Positions 9,945 to 19,981 of a stretch of 64,000 bases of DNA are shown piece after piece. A program made the translations under genes and the position numbers. This stretch comes from a virus (lineage: Duplodnaviria > Heunggongvirae > Uroviricota > Caudoviricetes): IMG/VR virus record IMGVR_UViG_3300035698_035307, positions 23,521 to 87,520 of that record; one strand, given 5' to 3'. Position 1 is the first letter of the stretch. Every line of letters begins with the position of its first letter. The notes under the pieces were generated by a model that saw nothing but the letters and a program-made list of their open reading frames with translations, ran no database searches and was not told where the DNA came from.

Positions 9945-10655
9945 TTACTCTTCGATGTCATCAGAAAATCCATTCTTACTACCTTCTTCAATAGCATCAT
10001 CATAACCACTTTTTCCTGCGTCACCGTAGTCGCTTTCTTCCAGCTCTACTATAGTTTCTTGTTTAAGTTCACCTTGAAGTTCCTGCATCAAACCCTTTGT
10101 ACCTCTAAAGACTGTCTGGTCTTCTTCGTCATCATCGGTTGATTTTAATTTCTTCTGAGATTTACTTACATCACTGTATACTTCTAAGTCTCTTGATAGT
10201 TTCTTAGTAGCTTCTTCAGCTGCCATTACATATAAGGTCTGACTCTTAATCATATCTAATTGTGACCTTTGTAAAGTAGCAAGTACTTCAAACATTCTTG
10301 GTGATAATTCTCCACCGTCTATTTGTCCTAATAATGTTGTTATTGCTCGCTCTCCTGTTTCCATAAGGAATATTAGTTGAGTAAGTTCCATCTCTTTCAG
10401 CTTTAAATTAGCTGTGATGTATTCTTCATGTTCAATTATGTTCTCGCTTAAATAAAACCTAAGCATTTGATGTAGAGTTTTCTTTGCTTTAATCTCAGAC
10501 TTACTCTTAATATCAACATAATCATGTCTAATTCTATTACTTACAGGCGGCAAACTTTCACCAGGTCCTAAATCAATATCATCGTCATTGATGAGAGAAT
10601 CTAAAGAATCTCTTATCTGGTTAGTTTGTTCTGTATTATTGTTCTTCTTCGCCAT
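9945..10655 (-). CDS. Probable terminase small subunit
   Basis: 236-aa helical protein immediately upstream of TerL, containing PRMFEVLATLQ. Assignment is positional. Confidence 0.55.
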   Translation of the reverse strand: MAKKNNNTEQTNQIRDSLDSLINDDDIDLGPGESLPPVSNRIRHDYVDIKSKSEIKAKKTLHQMLRFYLSENIIEHEEYITANLKLKEMELTQLIFLMETGERAITTLLGQIDGGELSPRMFEVLATLQRSQLDMIKSQTLYVMAAEEATKKLSRDLEVYSDVSKSQKKLKSTDDDEEDQTVFRGTKGLMQELQGELKQETIVELEESDYGDAGKSGYDDAIEEGSKNGFSDDIEE

Positions 10656-10698
10656 ATTATTAGTTTATAGTAGTATTGTATATATCAAAAACTCCAAG

Positions 10699-12678
10699 TT
10701 ATCTTGGATTGGTTAATTTCAGCATTCTTTGTTGAGGTTGAGCATTGTCTACAAGTAAGGCCATTTGAGTATCACGCACTACAAATTGATTCAATACAGC
10801 TGAATGTTGTTCTTCATCTATAGCTGTTTCGAATATTCTGAAATTAGTCAAATATACTGGGCCACCAAGTAGCATCCAACTATCATTAGAATCTATTGTA
10901 ATTGGAGCAGATATTGTTTTTACTTCAGAGAACTTAAGTTCAAGTGTAGTATCTTGTGCTTGTGGTCTTGTATTCTGTAATGGTTTATCAAGTTCATACA
11001 AATATAAGGCTAATTGATTAAACTCATTATTCAGACTGTAAACAACTGAGTACCACTTATCAGTATCGAACTTATCAAGTTCATTTGAAATATCGTATAA
11101 ATATGTTGTATCATTTATCTTCACAACAATGTTACCATTCATGATTTTAAAGTACATTCCATCATTACCACCCTCTTGATTGTAACCATAAATTGGAATT
11201 GCTATCTCTTTAAATAAACTCCTAGGTGATGTAAGAACGACCGCTGTGTCGAATGTTTCGTTTATTGTAAAATTATTAATGTCTATAATTTCTTTAACTC
11301 TTCTTAAGCCATCATACATTCCAGTACCAGTCAAGTCTATTGTATCACCAACATCATATCTATGTTTCTGACTAGTTGTTATTTGAGCGTAACCTGTATT
11401 ATCTACAATGTCAGTAATAGTCTTAAGTTTTATTTTAGGACCATCTGTAACTTCTGGTACCCATTTGAACCAAAATGTAAAAGCTCTATTATCAGAAGTT
11501 TCAATCTTGTTCGGTAACCTATACTTAACTGCAAGTGTAGTATTATCTACTTGGCTTAAATCATAATAATGTTTGCTTACGATTGTCCAGTTGTTGTTTA
11601 AGTTATAATCAGTTATAAGTAAATCTACGTTTAAGTCACTTCTTACGAAGTCATTAGCTTCTGTACCGATTGTCTTATATTGTTGAGGCTTAGTAACTTG
11701 TTCGTACTCATCTTGTTTCGTTTCTCCGAAGACATCATCTACACTTACTACTAAGTCTTTAAGTTCTTGTTCTTCTACACTTAAGCTATCAGCCCAAGAT
11801 ACATTTTCTCTATCTTCCCATTTCGTTAGTTTAACTCTCCAATATGTATACTGGTTATTATATTCATCAGCTAATGAAACTGAATTTACTTGGAACATTT
11901 TATCAATACGAGGAATGTAAACGTAATCTCTTTCCTTTGGCATTGTTCTAGCTCCAAATGCTTCATGGAACGGTTGATACATCATATGAACTTCAAAACC
12001 TTCAAATCCCATACCATCAACGGCATTGAATTGAATCTCTTCAGTTGGAAATTCATTGTCTGGTACCATTATTTTGATTTCTTCTACGGCAGTTACTGAA
12101 TGTAATGTATATTCACCTAAGATTGTATCTTCTGTTCTTATTTTTGGGTCTACTTTATAATACTTAACACAGTGTCCAAATATGTCATTCACTAGATTTC
12201 CTAATTGATTGTACATGTTATTAGCTGGTCCTAAATCATATGGGTTAAATAAGTTGTCACCACAATTATCACATACTGTGAGGTTAGGTACACCATTATT
12301 ATCCCAGGGGTCTTCGCAACATACAGTCTGAACTACTTGTTCTACTATACCTGCTTCAGTTTCTGCTTCTAATCCAATAGAAACAAATTCAAGTTCGTGA
12401 CCTGTATCTAATTCACAAGCTTCATACTTATATTCAATCCAAAAATCATTTGCTGGATTAAGAACAAGATTCTGTAAAGCTATATCAGTTAAAGGCATGA
12501 ACTCAGAGAAATTCTTATTATCAGTAGACCATCTAAAATATCTACAGAAATAGTTTTGAGTATCTTCTCCAATAGTTTCGTCTTCATAACCATTGATTTG
12601 AGTTAGACATTCATATGGTGAAACGAGTTTTATAACTATTGCATCACCAGCTTCATTTACTTTAGTACCATCTACCAT
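10699..12678 (-). CDS. gp14: Neck/head-closure protein (gp14-like) with extra N- and C-terminal domains
   Basis: The central region (YYKVDP...DTILGEY...EFP...QF...MPKERDYVYIP...KMFQV) resembles gp14. The C-terminus is beta-rich and LamG-like (FTFWFK, DKWYSVV, LTNFRIF). Confidence 0.6.
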   Translation of the reverse strand: MVDGTKVNEAGDAIVIKLVSPYECLTQINGYEDETIGEDTQNYFCRYFRWSTDNKNFSEFMPLTDIALQNLVLNPANDFWIEYKYEACELDTGHELEFVSIGLEAETEAGIVEQVVQTVCCEDPWDNNGVPNLTVCDNCGDNLFNPYDLGPANNMYNQLGNLVNDIFGHCVKYYKVDPKIRTEDTILGEYTLHSVTAVEEIKIMVPDNEFPTEEIQFNAVDGMGFEGFEVHMMYQPFHEAFGARTMPKERDYVYIPRIDKMFQVNSVSLADEYNNQYTYWRVKLTKWEDRENVSWADSLSVEEQELKDLVVSVDDVFGETKQDEYEQVTKPQQYKTIGTEANDFVRSDLNVDLLITDYNLNNNWTIVSKHYYDLSQVDNTTLAVKYRLPNKIETSDNRAFTFWFKWVPEVTDGPKIKLKTITDIVDNTGYAQITTSQKHRYDVGDTIDLTGTGMYDGLRRVKEIIDINNFTINETFDTAVVLTSPRSLFKEIAIPIYGYNQEGGNDGMYFKIMNGNIVVKINDTTYLYDISNELDKFDTDKWYSVVYSLNNEFNQLALYLYELDKPLQNTRPQAQDTTLELKFSEVKTISAPITIDSNDSWMLLGGPVYLTNFRIFETAIDEEQHSAVLNQFVVRDTQMALLVDNAQPQQRMLKLTNPR

Positions 12679-13142
12679 TATTCTTCATTATTTTCTTTTT
12701 CCTCGGCAGGTTTAGTTGCCGTCTCAGCAGTTTTCTTTGGAAGCTTTGGCAACGTAGCTGAAGGTTCTCCGCTAGTTCTCAAGTGCTGTCCTAAGACATA
12801 CAGCGCTATGAACCCAGACAGTGCAGTAAAATAAGCTGCAAGTTGAGTTAAATCTGTTTTGCTGATGATTCCATAGGTGCCAGCGATTAACCACATTGCC
12901 ATACAGGTATATGTAACTAATTCTCTTTTTGATTTTGGGAATAAACCAGTTGGGTCTTGTGATTTCTTCATAGTTTCTGATGCAATATAAGTACCTACGT
13001 AAGTTGTAAGTGATGCAAAAAACCATGAGGCTTGTGACCAAGTGGTATCGTACCAAGCAGCTAAACTGCCCAGTAATAGCCATAATAATATAACGACGTA
13101 TATCATTTTAACTCTTTTACTAAAATAAGATTTTTTTGACAT
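12678..13142 (-). CDS. Four-TM membrane protein with an internal duplication (holin candidate)
   Basis: 154 aa with two similar hydrophobic helix pairs, basic termini and an upstream GATAAATA motif. Confidence 0.5.
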   Translation of the reverse strand: MSKKSYFSKRVKMIYVVILLWLLLGSLAAWYDTTWSQASWFFASLTTYVGTYIASETMKKSQDPTGLFPKSKRELVTYTCMAMWLIAGTYGIISKTDLTQLAAYFTALSGFIALYVLGQHLRTSGEPSATLPKLPKKTAETATKPAEEKENNEE

Positions 13143-13187
13143 ATCTCTGGCGCCTTTTGTTTATTTATCGGCGCAAGAGAATTAAAG

Positions 13188-13877
13188 TTATTTCGGGTAG
13201 TCTGTAATAAGTATACAGGTGGGATTGTCCATTTCTATTTTAGGATTTATCAATTCAGATACGAGTTCTAAAATAAATGTATAGCGGTCGACCTCAGCTG
13301 ATTCTACACCAACTAATTCTACGAAGAGGTCAATTTTAGTTAAAAAATCCATTGTATTGATATGTACATAAGGTGGGCCCTTTCTGAACAAATCTTTTGG
13401 CATTAATCCAATATCTATTAAAAATCTATTGAATATTTTCAGCTCTGCAGAATCTAAATGAGTAGGAAAGTCAAGTATTGAATGAATTACTTTGAAGTCA
13501 AAGTTGATAACAGGAGTACCTTCTGGACCATTTGGCCATAAAAGTCTCGATGTATTTTTAGCTTCTGAAACATTTACTGTGAAATATCTCAAATTTGAAT
13601 ATCTTTCAAGTAGTTCACTTATAAAGTAGATGCTATTGACCTTCTTTGAAAACTCCATAGGTGTTGATGTTTTAATATCATCTAAAATACCCTTTAAGTT
13701 CTCATCAATCACAGCCCTCATATCCCATGAACTTACTGTAAACTTATTTTCAGATTCTACTCTGTAATACAAAGAGTTCTGTTTGATAATTGAAAGTAAT
13801 TTCTGGTCAAAATAATTGTTCTTGAAAAGGGTAATATTCATAAGAACTGGTACATCAGATTGATATTGTTCATTCAT
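13188..13877 (-). CDS. Hypothetical protein
   Basis: 229-aa ORF overlapping the upstream gene; no motif recognised. Confidence 0.7.
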   Translation of the reverse strand: MNEQYQSDVPVLMNITLFKNNYFDQKLLSIIKQNSLYYRVESENKFTVSSWDMRAVIDENLKGILDDIKTSTPMEFSKKVNSIYFISELLERYSNLRYFTVNVSEAKNTSRLLWPNGPEGTPVINFDFKVIHSILDFPTHLDSAELKIFNRFLIDIGLMPKDLFRKGPPYVHINTMDFLTKIDLFVELVGVESAEVDRYTFILELVSELINPKIEMDNPTCILITDYPK

Positions 13878-14382
13878 GCTCTTCTATAGTTTTTTCTATT
13901 CTTTCTAACTCTTCTAATATTTCTTCTTTATAAAATTTCATTGCATCATTAAAATCTCTTCTGCTTATCTTTTGCTTTCTTAAATAGAATACGATTGTAT
14001 CTTCAGATGGGACAAATTTTGATTTAGTCTTCTCTTCTTTTACTTTCTTAGTTTTTGTCCAAACCCATTGTGGTGTACGATTATATTTACCACCAACAAG
14101 ATGCCATAGATTTGTTACTGCTACAGGATTGATTTTATTTATATTAAACCTCTCAGCTGTTTCTGGATATCTTATGGCCATAAACCTGTTCATCATAAAA
14201 CGATGCTTCTTCTTTTGATAGTTAGTTGCATCTTTATATTTAGGGTTATTACCAAAGAATATCTTAGTAAAATTAAAAAGCTTGTCATAATCATCCGGAG
14301 ATGATTTGACTTTAACTTTCTTTTCTTTTACAACTTTTGGTTTCTTTACTCTTGGCTTTCTAGCCTTCTTTTCTTTTGCCAT
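13870..14382 (-). CDS. gp62: Probable clamp loader small subunit (gp62-like)
   Basis: FMMNRFMA...QWVWTKTKK...FYLRKQKISRRDFNDAM resembles gp62 family spacing. Located two genes from gp44. Confidence 0.55.
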   Translation of the reverse strand: MAKEKKARKPRVKKPKVVKEKKVKVKSSPDDYDKLFNFTKIFFGNNPKYKDATNYQKKKHRFMMNRFMAIRYPETAERFNINKINPVAVTNLWHLVGGKYNRTPQWVWTKTKKVKEEKTKSKFVPSEDTIVFYLRKQKISRRDFNDAMKFYKEEILEELERIEKTIEEHE

Positions 14383-15590
14383 TAAAATAAACTTTTAATG
14401 TTTTTTGGTGGTCCTGCAATTGACCTAGTTTTTTGTACGATTGCATAGTCAGTTCCTTCAAGTATTAATCTATTTGATGTTACACCTGCAAAGTTACTTA
14501 GACGTGACTTATGGTCATCTTTAATTAATTCGAACATTGAACGTTGAATTGCATCTGGTACAGTTTCAACATGTAAAAGTATCAAATCGATATTATGTTC
14601 AAGTCTGGCCATTATAGAAGCTTCAGTATAATTAACTCCCATTACTTCTTTTATAAATCTAACAAGGTCTTGCTTATAAGATTCATTAAAAAGATATGTT
14701 GAAGAGAACCTTCGGTTCTTTTTCTTGAATAAAGCTAAAATCTCTTGAGCTTTCTTTTCACTTATTTTGAAATTCTTTTCACCGTTTTTAGATGGTTTAA
14801 GACATACTGATTCTACGTTGTCACCTTTATCTCCTGTAAGTATTTTAATTAATACAAATTCATCACAGAATATCTTTTCTACTTTAAGACTTCCTTTCGT
14901 TACAAGTCCTTTAAGCAATTGTTTCTTACTTTGACCCATCAGTTCTTCGTCTGCAGCATCCATCATATCTAAGAAGTCAATTTCTCCCATATCTTCTTCG
15001 TCTTCTGCAAGTTCTAACCATTTGTCAAATCCTGGGTATACACCAATTCTATGTCTGGTGTTATCATACCAAAGTGAGAATGCTTCTGTTGCATTATTGT
15101 AACTAACAAGTTGAAGTAAATCTTTATCGCCAGTCCACATTATACAGTCTTCACCTAATGAATTTAAGTAAGTTGACCATGCAAAAATCATGTCATCACC
15201 TTCAGCTCCTGCTACTTTCTCAACAATGATACCTTTATCTTCAAGAATACCTTCAAATGTTTTCATTATACCGTGAACATTCTTCCAGTGAATACTGGCA
15301 TCTGGTTTACGATTTGCTTTGTAAGTAGAATCATAGTCTTTACGCCATGATTTTGAATCGACTACGAATACGATTCTGGTAACGATATCTTGAAATTTAC
15401 GTACTTCACTTGCAAAATCCATTGCGAGTTTCTGCATGAAAGCTTTCATCTCCTTTTCAGATGCCATTAATTGAGTGCTAATTGTCTTACCATCAATTAC
15501 TATAGCTGTCTTCTTAGGTTTAGGCATTACATGTAGCCTACTGTATATAAAGTAATTACCGTCAATTACTAATGTTGTTTCTTTTCCCAT
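14382..15590 (-). CDS. rnh: 5'-3' exonuclease / RNase H (FEN family)
   Basis: IDGNY, EGDD, TGDKDLLQL and LTGDKGDNV motifs. Start moved to MGKETT (ATG 15590). Confidence 0.9.
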   Translation of the reverse strand: MGKETTLVIDGNYFIYSRLHVMPKPKKTAIVIDGKTISTQLMASEKEMKAFMQKLAMDFASEVRKFQDIVTRIVFVVDSKSWRKDYDSTYKANRKPDASIHWKNVHGIMKTFEGILEDKGIIVEKVAGAEGDDMIFAWSTYLNSLGEDCIMWTGDKDLLQLVSYNNATEAFSLWYDNTRHRIGVYPGFDKWLELAEDEEDMGEIDFLDMMDAADEELMGQSKKQLLKGLVTKGSLKVEKIFCDEFVLIKILTGDKGDNVESVCLKPSKNGEKNFKISEKKAQEILALFKKKNRRFSSTYLFNESYKQDLVRFIKEVMGVNYTEASIMARLEHNIDLILLHVETVPDAIQRSMFELIKDDHKSRLSNFAGVTSNRLILEGTDYAIVQKTRSIAGPPKNIKSLF

Positions 15591-15605
15591 ACTAAATCTT
15601 ATTTT

Positions 15606-15636
15606 TAAATATAACAATTAAATTCGCCTTTCCAAA
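15606..15636 (-). promoter_or_regulatory. Bacteroidota-type promoter candidate (TTTG-N19-TATATTTA)
   Basis: One mismatch to the -33 TTTG / -7 TAnnTTTG consensus; lies 16 nt upstream of the rnh start. Confidence 0.4.
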
Positions 15637-15638
15637 GT

Positions 15639-16601
15639 TTAGGCATCATTAATTATTGATTGAATTGAATAAACAAGAGAAAGCATCGTAATGACTGGGT
15701 CTATAACATGAACTCTCTGATGTTGATGTTCTGCAACTGTAATGATGATTTGTGGAATGAACTTAGCTGCCTGTTTTCTTTCCATTTCAATATATTCAAT
15801 AAATTCATTACCAAGAACTGATAATACGTCATCAGTCCTGTTAGCATACTCTGACACTAAGAATTTATAATTCACAACTGGGTCTATATTATTGAAAACA
15901 AGTTCGAACAAGTCTTTATAAACTCCATGGAATTTCTTTATATTGTCCATCGTAATTCTATCAACCCCTTCATGGATATAACCATTAAGCTTTTGTAGAA
16001 TACTTCTAAAATCTGGAAAGTACTTCTTAACAAATTCAACTAGCGCTTCTTTATCAATTGCTACACCTTCTTTTTTACAAATCTCATAAAGTCTCTTCAT
16101 GTACTTAAGTTGCAGCTTCTTAGACTCTTCATTATCAAAGTCAAAGTTGAAGTTCTCAAATCGAGACTGTACTGCTTCAGGTAACTTATTGATATAGTTT
16201 GTGGTTGCAATGAACCTACTATTATTTTTAAACCTATCCATAGTACCTTTAAGTGCTTTGAAAAACTGTTCCGATACTCCGTCAATTTCATCAAGAATAA
16301 CTATCTTAATTCTACTCTTACCGCCCATGATATCGGCAGTTGAACAGAAGTTAGTTATTTTTGTACGAATTACATCAACACTAGTTTCATCAGATGCATT
16401 AATATAGATGTAAGGCAAATCAAAATGCTTACATAATGCAAACGCAGATGATGTCTTACCATTACCTGGTGAGCCATGAAATAAAAAGTCTTGATACGGG
16501 CCTTTATATAATTTTTCCAGAATCCTTTCTGGGAGAATAAGTTCTTCTAAGTTATTAGGTTGATATTTCTTAATAAGAACTGTGCTATTAAAATCTCTCA
16601 T
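15639..16601 (-). CDS. gp44: Clamp loader large subunit (RFC-like AAA+)
   Basis: KYQP, Walker A HGSPGNGKT, INASDE, Walker B ILDEID, QSRF, and FPDFR motifs. Confidence 0.93.
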   Translation of the reverse strand: MRDFNSTVLIKKYQPNNLEELILPERILEKLYKGPYQDFLFHGSPGNGKTSSAFALCKHFDLPYIYINASDETSVDVIRTKITNFCSTADIMGGKSRIKIVILDEIDGVSEQFFKALKGTMDRFKNNSRFIATTNYINKLPEAVQSRFENFNFDFDNEESKKLQLKYMKRLYEICKKEGVAIDKEALVEFVKKYFPDFRSILQKLNGYIHEGVDRITMDNIKKFHGVYKDLFELVFNNIDPVVNYKFLVSEYANRTDDVLSVLGNEFIEYIEMERKQAAKFIPQIIITVAEHQHQRVHVIDPVITMLSLVYSIQSIINDA

Positions 16602-16619
16602 ATGTTTTATTATTTGTTT

Positions 16620-16649
16620 ATTATACTAATTCCTAATTATAAGTTTCAA
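16620..16649 (-). promoter_or_regulatory. Early/middle promoter TTGAAA-N18-TATAAT
   Basis: Directly upstream of gp44. The same YTGAAAC motif occurs upstream of the gp45-like gene and gp32. Confidence 0.6.
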
Positions 16650-16682
16650 TATATAAATAAAGTGCTTAAATAATAATTTTCT

Positions 16683-17006
16683 ATGACTAAGATAAAATTT
16701 AAAGTATTATCATTTGACGGATTTATCAGCGAAAGTTTATCTGGTTTAAAATCTGCGAAAGATAAGAAGAACAAAGCTGCTTCAAGAGCAGGTGATTTAG
16801 AAGGACGTTCTGAAAAGAACCAAGCTAAATATGTTTTCTATGATGACAAAGAGAAATATGAAAAGAAACATCTGAAACTTCAGAATGATATCAAAGCTGA
16901 AGATGATAAAGTACAAAAGGAAAAACTTAGAGCAGAACTTAATAATCTCAAAAAAGAATGGAAGACAGAGCAAGCGAAATACAAAAGCGCAATAAAAGCA
17001 ATGTAA
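16683..17006 (+). CDS. Basic coiled-coil protein with a capsid-targeting-like leader
   Basis: 107 aa with KVLSFDGFISE; plus-strand AATATATAAATA at 16648-16659. Confidence 0.7.
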   Translation: MTKIKFKVLSFDGFISESLSGLKSAKDKKNKAASRAGDLEGRSEKNQAKYVFYDDKEKYEKKHLKLQNDIKAEDDKVQKEKLRAELNNLKKEWKTEQAKYKSAIKAM

Positions 17007-17554
17007 GAAAGAAAAGACGTGCTAAAAGGAAAGCTAAGAATAAAAAGACTCACAGGAGAACATATAAACTAAAGCGAGTACATTTCGGTTGGTGGAAAAG
17101 AAGATTCAATATAATGTTGGACCCACTTAAACCATTTGAAAGAAATGTTCTACTTGACAACCCCCTATTAAAATATTCTGCAGATGATGACCAATTCGTT
17201 CTCATACTCTTTAAGATGTATGACATGCAACGGGATGCAAAAACCCATAACAAACAATTCATTAATCCTTACAATGATAGTATAACTAATTTTAAAGAGA
17301 TTCGTAAAGCTTCTAAGAATGTTAATTGGAAATGTGCTATCTGTAGTGAAAAAATCATTTCAACTATTCATAACTTTGATGTAGATAATTTCTTATGCCC
17401 TATCTGTATGGAAACTCATAGTAAAGGTCAATTTGTAGATGACCGTATTGTACAGTCTTCTGTAAAATTTAGAAAAGCATGTGAATATTTATATAAGCAT
17501 CAGGAAGAAACCTATAAAGAATTTGTTAGGAAGTCCGAACAGGACAGTCGTTAA
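16958..17554 (+). CDS. Hypothetical Zn-finger protein with a basic N-terminus
   Basis: 198 aa with CAIC...CPIC; overlaps both neighbours. Confidence 0.6.
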   Translation: MEDRASEIQKRNKSNVRKKRRAKRKAKNKKTHRRTYKLKRVHFGWWKRRFNIMLDPLKPFERNVLLDNPLLKYSADDDQFVLILFKMYDMQRDAKTHNKQFINPYNDSITNFKEIRKASKNVNWKCAICSEKIISTIHNFDVDNFLCPICMETHSKGQFVDDRIVQSSVKFRKACEYLYKHQEETYKEFVRKSEQDSR

Positions 17555-18323
17555 GTGCATCTTCTACTGTGCACTTTGGAATACTTCTTAGTTTTGATTT
17601 TGGATTTGCATTCCATAATTCGATACCTTCAGTTTTAAGCAGTTCAAATACCCCATCAAAGTTACCAATCATATTTCGTTCATAAATCTTATGGTCGTGA
17701 CGTATACCGTATCCTTCATGCCAATGAGTCTTTCCATCACCAGATTCCATATCGAATCCAAGTAAGTAAATCTTTTTAACACCTAAATGGAAAGCTACAT
17801 TAATTGCAGCAAAGCCAGAATTGTTTCCAGCTCTTATAAAGTTTGGTCTTTTATCTAGACCTGTCCTACCTGATGTAGTTAATAGTACTACGTCTGGCGC
17901 GAGGCTAGGTGCATTTCTACAAGTAACCTTAATACCTTTAAGACTGTCTATAGCAGGTTTATTCCAACGATAGAATCTCGCATCCGTCCAGTATACTACT
18001 TCTGACCAGGGCATAACCTGAAAAGCTTTATTAATAGCTATTGTATGTTTACCTTTAAGTTGATTCCAATTGAAATTTTTAAGAGATGGGCCACCTCCTA
18101 CGATATAAACAGTATCACCATTCCAGATTTTCTTAAGCTTATTGTTCTCATCTCTATGAGGAAGAACATGTGTTCGTTTAATTTTATCTTTAGGTACTAT
18201 CTTTGACATCTTTTGATTTTTAATAGGTGCATTAGTAAATTCCACAGCCTTTTGCTTAGTCTGTTTCTTAACAATACTAGGTTTTATATTAACTTTACGT
18301 TGAATGTTTCGATTAATTGGCAT
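17526..18323 (-). CDS. DUF115/MAF-like putative glycosyltransferase
   Basis: IVGGGPSL, TIAINKAF, NNSGFAAINVA, KIYLLGFDM, and LWNANPKS motifs are typical of this family. Confidence 0.7.
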   Translation of the reverse strand: MPINRNIQRKVNIKPSIVKKQTKQKAVEFTNAPIKNQKMSKIVPKDKIKRTHVLPHRDENNKLKKIWNGDTVYIVGGGPSLKNFNWNQLKGKHTIAINKAFQVMPWSEVVYWTDARFYRWNKPAIDSLKGIKVTCRNAPSLAPDVVLLTTSGRTGLDKRPNFIRAGNNSGFAAINVAFHLGVKKIYLLGFDMESGDGKTHWHEGYGIRHDHKIYERNMIGNFDGVFELLKTEGIELWNANPKSKLRSIPKCTVEDALNDCPVRTS

Positions 18324-18337
18324 ACTTAGAAGAGATT

Positions 18338-18363
18338 AAAAAGGCCTACGTATTGTAGGCCTT
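18338..18363 (-). terminator. Terminator after the scaffold/core gene
   Basis: 9-bp stem AAGGCCTAC/GTAGGCCTT followed by a T-run. Confidence 0.8.
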
Positions 18364-18370
18364 CTGTTGA

Positions 18371-19981
18371 TTATTTATATAAGTTTTTTAAAGCTTCTGA
18401 ATTAGCTAAAAGATTTCTTATGTTTGATATGTTGTGTTCTACTTTTTCTTGAGTTTCATCAGCTGTTGATTCTTTCTCTTTCCAGAATGATACAGAAATT
18501 TCACCTTTGTCGTTAGCAGTAGTTGGTTTTACTTTCTTAATAATATCTTTCTGTTCATATTTATCTAACTCTTCAGTAGATGGTGTTGATTTTGACCAAC
18601 CTGCATCTTCTAATTCTTTAGCTTTTGTTTCATATTCGCTATTATCAATTTCTTCTGGAGTATCTTCTTCTTTCTTTTCAGGTTCTTCTTCTTTCTTTTC
18701 AGGTTCTTTCTTTGTACCACCTGCATCTCCTAAAGCTTTTTCAATATCATCAATTGCTCTTGATTGAGCTGATACTTCTTTTGCAGCTGCATCATAGCCA
18801 GCAGTATCACCATCTTCTTTAGCCTTGTTCATTTTTTTAACAAGTACTTCCTGTTCACCTTTTGCAATGTCTAAATCAGCTTGTGCCTTTTCAGCATCAG
18901 AAGGTCCTTTTTCTTCGTCTTTAACTTTAGATGTTGCATCAGTATCAGCTGTTCCACCAATCTTTGTGATTTTATCTAAATATTCTTTTTCTTTTTCTTG
19001 ACTAACCTTTCTTGCGTCTTCTTTATCCATCAACTTATTAATATCTGTAATAATAACCTGTCTCTTATGAAGTAACTTATAAAGGTCTTTCTCTAATTCA
19101 TCAATCTTATCTGATGCAGCTTCATCTACACTTTCTTTCTTTACAAGGTTTTTAAGTTTAGAACCAATTCCTCCACCGTCATCGTCTTCAGCATCTTGCT
19201 TATCTTCTTTCTTTTTATTTTCAGCATCTTCTGCATCTTTCTCTTCAGCTTCAATTTCTCCACCAGCTGCTTCAATATCTTTTGCAACTGCTTCGATGTT
19301 TTTATTAATTCCATCTATTTTTCTTATAAGAGGTGCAACTTTTTCTGCAGAACCATCTTTAACATCTTTAGTGTCAGCTTTAAGCTTATCAGTCTCGTCC
19401 TTTAACCCTGCTTCTAATTCTGTAGAGGCTTGTTGAAGTTCTTTATGTTTTAATTTGAGTTCTTTAATCTTATCAGGAGCTAATTGAAGTATATCTGCAT
19501 TGTCAAGTTTGGTTTTTGCAATGGCAGCTTCTGAATCAGCTTTGTATTTTTGATGTATTCTACCTAAATATTTAGAACCACCTATTTTATCTGTAAGTTC
19601 TTGTTCCATTTTTTCTATCTGAGCCTTTCTGTGGTCAGCTTGTGCATGGAATTTATCAGTTTGTTTCTTAAGCTTTTCTTTTGCACCTTTAGCTTTTTCT
19701 GGGTCCATTTCAGCTATGTCAGCTTTCTGTTTAGAAATTGCAACCTGATGATTAACGTCTTCTATCTTCTTAGAACCAATAGCTAAAGTAGCTTGTTTAA
19801 CTTTCTTAGCTTTTCTTAGATTTGATATTGCTTTAAATATACCAAACCCTAACAATCCAGCACCACCAATTGCAACTCCTGCTGCAGTCTTAGCTGTGCT
19901 GAATCCTTTATCTAATAACGCACCTAAGTCCTGGTCTCCTTCGAAAAGAACATTAGCTTCGTCAATTATTTCAGTTAGACT
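18371..19981 (-). CDS. Charged coiled-coil head/core protein, downstream (-1) frame of the scaffold-like gene
   Basis: The frame is open from the A9 run (19981) to 18371 (536 aa). The track start at 19855 is only a TTG, and the first ATG is far inside the ORF. K/E/D-rich, with VDE and LFE sites. Confidence 0.7.
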   Translation of the reverse strand, partial: SLTEIIDEANVLFEGDQDLGALLDKGFSTAKTAAGVAIGGAGLLGFGIFKAISNLRKAKKVKQATLAIGSKKIEDVNHQVAISKQKADIAEMDPEKAKGAKEKLKKQTDKFHAQADHRKAQIEKMEQELTDKIGGSKYLGRIHQKYKADSEAAIAKTKLDNADILQLAPDKIKELKLKHKELQQASTELEAGLKDETDKLKADTKDVKDGSAEKVAPLIRKIDGINKNIEAVAKDIEAAGGEIEAEEKDAEDAENKKKEDKQDAEDDDGGGIGSKLKNLVKKESVDEAASDKIDELEKDLYKLLHKRQVIITDINKLMDKEDARKVSQEKEKEYLDKITKIGGTADTDATSKVKDEEKGPSDAEKAQADLDIAKGEQEVLVKKMNKAKEDGDTAGYDAAAKEVSAQSRAIDDIEKALGDAGGTKKEPEKKEEEPEKKEEDTPEEIDNSEYETKAKELEDAGWSKSTPSTEELDKYEQKDIIKKVKPTTANDKGEISVSFWKEKESTADETQEKVEHNISNIRNLLANSEALKNLYK

